A stretch of DNA of 64,000 nucleotides from a candidate division WOR-3 bacterium (GTDB lineage: Bacteria; Hydrothermota; Tepidihabitantia; SM23-42; JAOAFX01): contig JBDRWI010000002.1 in assembly GCA_039802265.1 (NCBI GenBank), positions 6,430 through 70,429 of the forward strand, read 5' to 3'. A model generated the notes under the pieces. The model saw only the letters and a program-made list of their open reading frames with translations. It made no database searches and was not told the DNA's origin. A program made the translations under genes and the position numbers. Below are positions 58,600-64,000 of this stretch, piece after piece. Position 1 is the stretch's first letter. Each line of letters opens with the position of its first letter.

Positions 58600-60948
58600 T
58601 CAGCGGTCTCTGATAGCGATAAATTTTATAATACCCGTTTTTTCCATACACTCAAATTTAATGAAATAAACACCTGATGAACAGTCTGAGACATCAATTA
58701 TCATTGTGCCATCGCCCTTCGTTTTTTCATCAATTTTTTTTATCAATCGGCCGGCTGAATTGTAGAGTGAAACCAAAACCTTTTCATTTTTCATCTGTAA
58801 GTTTATAACAAATCGCTCTTTTACCACTGTCCCCGCTCGGTTCTCTTTGATATTCTTTGTCTGGCATTCTTCGATATCCTGTCCAACAAAATGCCACCTC
58901 AAGGCATCAAAGGCAATCTTCTGCATTGCGGTTCCGCTGGCATCGCCGAGGTAGACATAGCCACCAGTAGTATTAAACGGAAATGTGCCCAGGGATACCC
59001 ACTGGTTTGAATAGTTATTCTGATTTATGGTTACAGTCTGATTTCCACCGGCATAATATATCTTATATCGGGCATTGGCAGTGGCATTGATTGAGGGTAT
59101 ATAGGCAAAGACCTCATAACTTCCAGCAACTGGTAGATGTGGTGTCCAGGTCACATAACAGGTGTCTGCTGATGTTGTAGTATATGTCCACCAGAAGTGT
59201 CCATTATAACCGGATAGATTGTCGTGATAAAATCTCATTGTTGAAGGTGAACCGGTATACATATAAAATCCATAAGGCTCATCTGGATAACGTATCTGCA
59301 GGTCATCAACGATTGTATCAACCGCCGGTGGCCAGGAACCCCTTGCTCCACGACACCAGTAGACAGCATTTAAATTTTGATAGCCATTGTTGTATCCGGG
59401 CCAGTCATACCGCGCATACTTCCCATCATAACTTGGATAACCGGGTGTATTTTTGTTTCCATAAGGGTCATTAAAAATCAAGGTATGCCAGTTCAAGACC
59501 TGACCTACGGCAAGGACCAGGTGTCCAGCACTTGTGAGACCTACGCACATACAATAGGGCCAGCCCGCTGCGACTTCAGCCTGGGTCTCTTCCCAGGTCG
59601 GCGTATCATCAACCCAGGAATTGAGATTGTGGTTTATCAGGTAATAATACATCCTTGAATATGGTGAATAGCCATTATACCACATATAACCATAGCCACC
59701 CCAGGCATTGTTCCCACTCGGGTCCTGGGCAACCCAGTTATAAGTTACCTCCCGATAGTTATATTCAGAGCATATATAGTTTCCAAAATGGCTGGTATGC
59801 CCATAAGGATAAGAACACCAGCAATCCCAGTAAGGCAGTTTGCGATAATAAACGATCGCCATAATGGCAGTGGTCGGTGCGCAGGACCAGTGTCCATTAT
59901 GCCAGTCCGGTGTATCATAGACCTGATGGACATAGGGAACATCAATGGAGTCGCGCGAACCAAAATCAGAAATAATATTATAATAATTTATCTTTAGCGG
60001 TCTGATGTTTCTAAAGAGAATTTCCTGATTTATTAGCCGATTATTTTCAATCTCTGCCTGGATTATCTCCAGTCGGCCAAAGGTATAGTAGATAATCTTT
60101 TTAGAATCAATGAAATTCGCTTCCATTTCAAAGATATCAGGTGTATGAGTGAGTTGAATCTTTTCTGAGCCATCATATTTTGAAATGAACAATTCAGAAT
60201 TGGTCAATGTATGACCATCGGAATAGGTCTTGTAGTAGATTAAATACTTGCTGTCTTTTGACCAGTTAGCCCCATTTCCCTCGTCAATCTCGTAAGTGCA
60301 ATTTTCAATTCGGTCATAGACCTTTATAAAGCCGCCAAGTGTTGAATAGACAATAAATCTTGAATCCGGTGACCACTCCGGATAGAAATAACTATATCTA
60401 TTATTGGTAATACAGATTCGGCTATTATCTCTAAGATTCAAAAGCCATAATTGGTCTTGATTATCATTATAAACAGCGAAATTGCCATCCGGTGAGATGG
60501 GGGAGAGGTTGGCATAGACACCGAGGCTGTATCTTTTCGCCTCTCCATTGTGATTAACAATCAACTCTTCGCCGATTGTAAATGCAATCTTTTCATCCAG
60601 CGAAAAACTGACCTGCCCTGCCTGATATGTTGGTTCGTGTAGTATCTTAACATCACCGGTCTCAAGGTCATATAATGCCGGTCTCTGCAATCCGTCTTCG
60701 GTTATCCATTTGAACCCAATATATCTTTTATCCCAAGATATTGTATAATAACGGGCACAACCGGGTGCAGTGAATATTTCTTCTAAATTGCAATTCCTTA
60801 AGAGATAGAAACTGTTGTAATAGTTGTTGGTCAAGACAAGGCCGTAAGGTGTATATACCGGATTACAAAGGTAGATTTCCGGTTCAACAACTATTAAAAA
60901 CACATATATGAATACCATAGTACCCCCTTTCACAATAATTATATTCAT
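58600..60948 (-). CDS. Secreted PD40/WD40-like beta-propeller plus C39-like (papain-fold) cysteine peptidase domain protein with a T9SS C-terminal sorting domain.
   Basis: PD40-like 'WSPDSRFIVYST' and 'WSKDSKYLIYY'. 'VPYVHQ...GHWSCAPTTAIMAIVYY' and 'GHLVLAVG' match the Peptidase_C39_2 Cys/His blocks. CTD '...LVSLYNSAGRLIKKI...GVYFIKFE'. Confidence 0.55.
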   Translation of the reverse strand: MNIIIVKGGTMVFIYVFLIVVEPEIYLCNPVYTPYGLVLTNNYYNSFYLLRNCNLEEIFTAPGCARYYTISWDKRYIGFKWITEDGLQRPALYDLETGDVKILHEPTYQAGQVSFSLDEKIAFTIGEELIVNHNGEAKRYSLGVYANLSPISPDGNFAVYNDNQDQLWLLNLRDNSRICITNNRYSYFYPEWSPDSRFIVYSTLGGFIKVYDRIENCTYEIDEGNGANWSKDSKYLIYYKTYSDGHTLTNSELFISKYDGSEKIQLTHTPDIFEMEANFIDSKKIIYYTFGRLEIIQAEIENNRLINQEILFRNIRPLKINYYNIISDFGSRDSIDVPYVHQVYDTPDWHNGHWSCAPTTAIMAIVYYRKLPYWDCWCSYPYGHTSHFGNYICSEYNYREVTYNWVAQDPSGNNAWGGYGYMWYNGYSPYSRMYYYLINHNLNSWVDDTPTWEETQAEVAAGWPYCMCVGLTSAGHLVLAVGQVLNWHTLIFNDPYGNKNTPGYPSYDGKYARYDWPGYNNGYQNLNAVYWCRGARGSWPPAVDTIVDDLQIRYPDEPYGFYMYTGSPSTMRFYHDNLSGYNGHFWWTYTTTSADTCYVTWTPHLPVAGSYEVFAYIPSINATANARYKIYYAGGNQTVTINQNNYSNQWVSLGTFPFNTTGGYVYLGDASGTAMQKIAFDALRWHFVGQDIEECQTKNIKENRAGTVVKERFVINLQMKNEKVLVSLYNSAGRLIKKIDEKTKGDGTMIIDVSDCSSGVYFIKFECMEKTGIIKFIAIRDR

Positions 60949-61154
60949 AAAAGAGTTTTAGACAAGACTCCGAGATTAGACTTAAGACTGTTTTATAACA
61001 CCTTATAGCCTTTGACCTCATCACTAAAATTTTGTAACTTAAGGATGAAACGTTCAGGCTGTGTTAAAAAAAACAGTTTGCGAACAAATATATGTTGTAT
61101 GGTGCACTTACCCTAAAATCTCAGGGAAATTAGCAGAATTCTTTTTAAGAAAAA

Positions 61155-63941
61155 CTATTTCAAGAGCACTGCCTTCTTAGAAATTCGTATTCCATCGGTT
61201 TCTGCAATGAGAATATAGACCCCGTTGGGAATCCTTCTTCCATTCTGGTCAGTATCGGGAAAAGCAAATTTTGTCTCACTGGTCTTGATTCTGCCTTCAA
61301 ATATTTTTTTAATCCTTCGGCCATCAATAGAATATAACATTATAGATAGTGTAGATGGCTTGGGTAGAGTTACGGAGATTTTTGCACCACCTTTTATGGG
61401 ATTGGAGAAATTTATTGATATTCTTTTGTTAGAGAAGGCAGGATTTTGTTCTGCCAGACCAACTATGAATGAAGGCGAAAAGAGATACTGGGTAAGAACA
61501 ATTGAGTCATTTGGTGGAATGGTTCTATTTACCCACATATAACAGATACAATCGTCGTAATACCCAGGCAGGCTATCGGCAATGCCATCACCCATATACG
61601 GAACATCAAATGCATTTGCATAGCCGCCATAGGTGCCACCCCAGCGGACATAAAATAGAGAATCGGGACAGGTTGGCGGTGGGCTATAAAAAGTAGGTGC
61701 GGTGACGCTCAGAAAATGCCTCCGGCTCGGTATTGCATCTTCCGCCTCCTCGCCATACCATAGTGAGTTGAGCCCTGTCCACTGGATTTCACGGGGCTCC
61801 CAGGGATTGGGGGTCGTTGAATAGTATCGGCGATAGTAGGGTGAGTCATAATTACCAACATGGGTATCCCATTCAAAACGGAAACTGAATGTTCGGTTCT
61901 GGTTTGCAAGATTCTTGAGAATCAGAGAAAGTCCAAGCCCTGAGGAGTCACCCCATTTCTGGGTAGTAAATCTCTGTTTCAATTCAAAATTGTCCTGTCC
62001 GTTATTCACCCGCCAGATTTGTAATAATGCCCTTGAATCAATAAATTTCGCACCGTTATAAAAACGCACTAATGATACTGTATCAAAGGGCGGGGAAGTG
62101 GATGCGCCGGTTGACCTTGTAACATAATCAAGGTTTGTTCGATAAGAACGAATTGTAGTATAAGAAGACCAGGGATTGTGGGCACCACCGCCATAAAGCA
62201 ATGTCACATCAGTACCATAGGGATGTCCTGCGTCGGTTGCCGCAGTATATGTGCCAGCATCGGATATGGCATCATTGGAGATATACCAGGCAATTGTATT
62301 TGTTCCCAATTTTATAGGGTCTTGTGTGATATAACCACCGACCGTATCTATTCTTATGTCATCAAAATACCATCCCGGATTAACAACCGATGAGTTGCTG
62401 GTGAACCGGAATCTCGCCCTGAAATTTGAAGAAATGTATGGTGTTATATCAAGGGTATCAACACGCCAACCCCCTGATGAGCCAGAGAATGTCCTTAAAG
62501 TATCCCAGTCTGTGCCACCATCACTTGATATCTCAATTATACATAAATCATAACTCTGTTCTGTCTCATACCACTGGGCAATCTGCAGTGAAGCTACGGT
62601 AAAACCGGTTAAATCACATAACGGGGTAAGTACTTCCCAGTTGGCATTGTTCTCATAGCTACCAGAAAGGTCTGTAGCCCAGCATTTTGTTCCACTATAG
62701 GCACCGTTTGGACCGGAGGTTGGTATGCCACAATGCCATTCATTGATATCCGTATAAGGCGGGTCAGCAGTAAAACCACCATTATTTGCCTCAAAGTCAT
62801 AAAAGTTCAAGGTTGACTTTGAACCGATTGAGACACGAACCGAGTCAATATACCAGCCAGAATAGACTACACTTCCATCACTTTTGAATCTGAATCGGAA
62901 TCTAAATCTGTTGGTATTTGTGTATGATGAAATGTCAATGGTGGTTCTTAACCAGCCACCACTTGAACCTCTAAAACTCTGAGAAACCTTATTCCACGGT
63001 CCATTCTGCCCATCGGTAGAGACCTCAACCCAGCCTGAATCATAACCAGTTTCGGTCTGAAACCATTGATAGAAGTTGATTTCTCCATAAGGGGCACCCT
63101 GGAGGTTATGATTTGTTCCATTCCTTATTGCTGCGTCCGCATAGTTCTTGTAGTTACCAGTAAGATTCGTCCCCCAACATCTTTGTCCTTCATAGGCAGA
63201 GCCCGGTCCCACACCTGGATCTGGAATACCCCATTGCCAGGGTGCAGAAGAATCTCCAATAACCACTTCATTCAAATCTCCGCCGTCGTTTTCAAAATTA
63301 CTCTGATAAACATTACTGGTCAGGTTGACATCCACAATCCTTACATCATCAATATACCATCCCGGATAATTGACTGAAGCGTCACTTGTAAACCTAAAGC
63401 GGATTAACAAGTTATTCATTCCTGCATAAGATGCAAGAGAAATGCTTACCGGTATCCAGCCCCCACTTGTCCCCCTAAAACTCTGTGAAATCTTTGTCCA
63501 GTTAGTTCCGTTGTCGGTTGAGACCTCAACCCAGCCTGAGTCATAACTGGTCTCGGTAGAATACCAGTGATAGAATTCAAGTTTCGGATTTGTAGTGCCC
63601 GAGAGATTTTGTGCCGGCATCGTCAGTTTGTAATCACAGTTATTTTCATAATTACCGGTAAGATTTGTTCCCCAGCAGTTCACACCCGAATATGCGGAAT
63701 TGGGGCCCGAGGTAGGCTGTCCCCATTGCCAGGTGATACTCCAGAAGGGAACCCGGAGAAATGCGGAATCGGTCTCAAAGTCCCAGAAATAGGGTGTAGC
63801 ACGAATTTTGGAGTAATCCGCAGGATTCTGCATAGGGGTTTTTCCCCAGAAACTCCTCTTTTCAATCTCAATACCCTTATGTTTGATCGAAGGGGAAGCA
63901 AATAATACCCCGGTTATTAAAAGCAACAGCAAATTTCTCAT
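61155..63941 (-). CDS. Large secreted protein with three tandem copies of an uncharacterised beta-sandwich domain of about 135 aa, plus a T9SS C-terminal sorting domain.
   Basis: Signal peptide MRNLLLLLITGVLFASP. The repeats each carry 'CWGTNLTGNYENN...WY.TE.SYD.GWVEVSTD.G..W...SQSFRGSSGGW...RFRF.S....V..GWYIDDVRI'. CTD 'ISVTLPKPSTLSIMLYSIDGRRIKKI...GVYILIAE'. SD 'GAGGAGGT' upstream. Confidence 0.65.
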   Translation of the reverse strand: MRNLLLLLITGVLFASPSIKHKGIEIEKRSFWGKTPMQNPADYSKIRATPYFWDFETDSAFLRVPFWSITWQWGQPTSGPNSAYSGVNCWGTNLTGNYENNCDYKLTMPAQNLSGTTNPKLEFYHWYSTETSYDSGWVEVSTDNGTNWTKISQSFRGTSGGWIPVSISLASYAGMNNLLIRFRFTSDASVNYPGWYIDDVRIVDVNLTSNVYQSNFENDGGDLNEVVIGDSSAPWQWGIPDPGVGPGSAYEGQRCWGTNLTGNYKNYADAAIRNGTNHNLQGAPYGEINFYQWFQTETGYDSGWVEVSTDGQNGPWNKVSQSFRGSSGGWLRTTIDISSYTNTNRFRFRFRFKSDGSVVYSGWYIDSVRVSIGSKSTLNFYDFEANNGGFTADPPYTDINEWHCGIPTSGPNGAYSGTKCWATDLSGSYENNANWEVLTPLCDLTGFTVASLQIAQWYETEQSYDLCIIEISSDGGTDWDTLRTFSGSSGGWRVDTLDITPYISSNFRARFRFTSNSSVVNPGWYFDDIRIDTVGGYITQDPIKLGTNTIAWYISNDAISDAGTYTAATDAGHPYGTDVTLLYGGGAHNPWSSYTTIRSYRTNLDYVTRSTGASTSPPFDTVSLVRFYNGAKFIDSRALLQIWRVNNGQDNFELKQRFTTQKWGDSSGLGLSLILKNLANQNRTFSFRFEWDTHVGNYDSPYYRRYYSTTPNPWEPREIQWTGLNSLWYGEEAEDAIPSRRHFLSVTAPTFYSPPPTCPDSLFYVRWGGTYGGYANAFDVPYMGDGIADSLPGYYDDCICYMWVNRTIPPNDSIVLTQYLFSPSFIVGLAEQNPAFSNKRISINFSNPIKGGAKISVTLPKPSTLSIMLYSIDGRRIKKIFEGRIKTSETKFAFPDTDQNGRRIPNGVYILIAETDGIRISKKAVLLK

Positions 63942-63965
63942 AATACCTCCTCGGATATATCAAAT

Positions 63966-63988
63966 CCCTCTCCCCCTGTGGGAGAGGG
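63966..63988. other. Perfect 9-bp GC-rich inverted repeat (CCCTCTCCC-cctgt-GGGAGAGGG), 25 nt upstream of the 928-aa gene's start on the minus strand.
   Basis: Direct reading. The stem is fully complementary with a 5-nt loop. Confidence 0.7.
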
Positions 63989-64000
63989 CAAGGGTCAGGG

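Noticed and set aside
1-64000. CRISPR arrays, IS/transposase genes, phage structural genes.
   Set aside because: No regularly spaced direct repeats beyond the single heptanucleotide tract, and no DDE/transposase, terminase or capsid signatures in any frame.

Overview
This 64-kb window is chromosomal DNA from a moderately AT-rich bacterium (roughly 40% GC by eye). It uses Shine-Dalgarno sites (GGAGG/AAGGAG 5-9 nt before many starts) and uses TGA, TAA and TAG as stops. Five proteins end in a Por/T9SS-type C-terminal sorting domain, which fits an FCB-superphylum-like, probably uncultivated lineage; no finer assignment is possible from the sequence. I call about 58 protein genes and 4 tRNAs (Pro-TGG, Gln-CTG, Gly-GCC, Arg-ACG). 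There is no CRISPR array, no IS element and no rRNA.

The housekeeping blocks are:
- lysS, followed by a lolC/E-lolD-mcsA-mcsB operon.
- pdxB, hom, glmS, nfi and ribF.
- A minus-strand run nrnA-rbfA-DUF503-infB-nusA-rimP-proS.
- rocD, a Crp/Fnr regulator, and prfA-prmC-nadK-recN-CDP-alcohol phosphatidyltransferase.

The accessory content is:
- T9SS cargo proteins: a CBM-like protein, a carboxypeptidase-regulatory-like protein, a gingipain-like protein, a beta-propeller plus C39-like peptidase, and a 928-aa protein with a triplicated domain.
- A patatin phospholipase next to a DUF3298-like secreted protein.
- A lipoprotein-TPR-degenerate GGDEF/HEAT operon downstream of xerC/D.
- A Na/Pi-PhoU transporter with an orphan histidine kinase.
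- Two radical-SAM enzymes.

The most unusual items are:
- A duplicated two-gene membrane module of unknown function (48335-51630).
- An in-frame TGA at 1702 followed 14 nt later by a GGUC-loop hairpin that resembles a bacterial SECIS element.
- A (AATCCGC)x4 heptanucleotide repeat inside a surface-protein gene.
- A Cys-rich zinc-ribbon-like insertion inside lysyl-tRNA synthetase.
- McsA/McsB coupled to a Lol-like ABC transporter rather than to ctsR/clpC.
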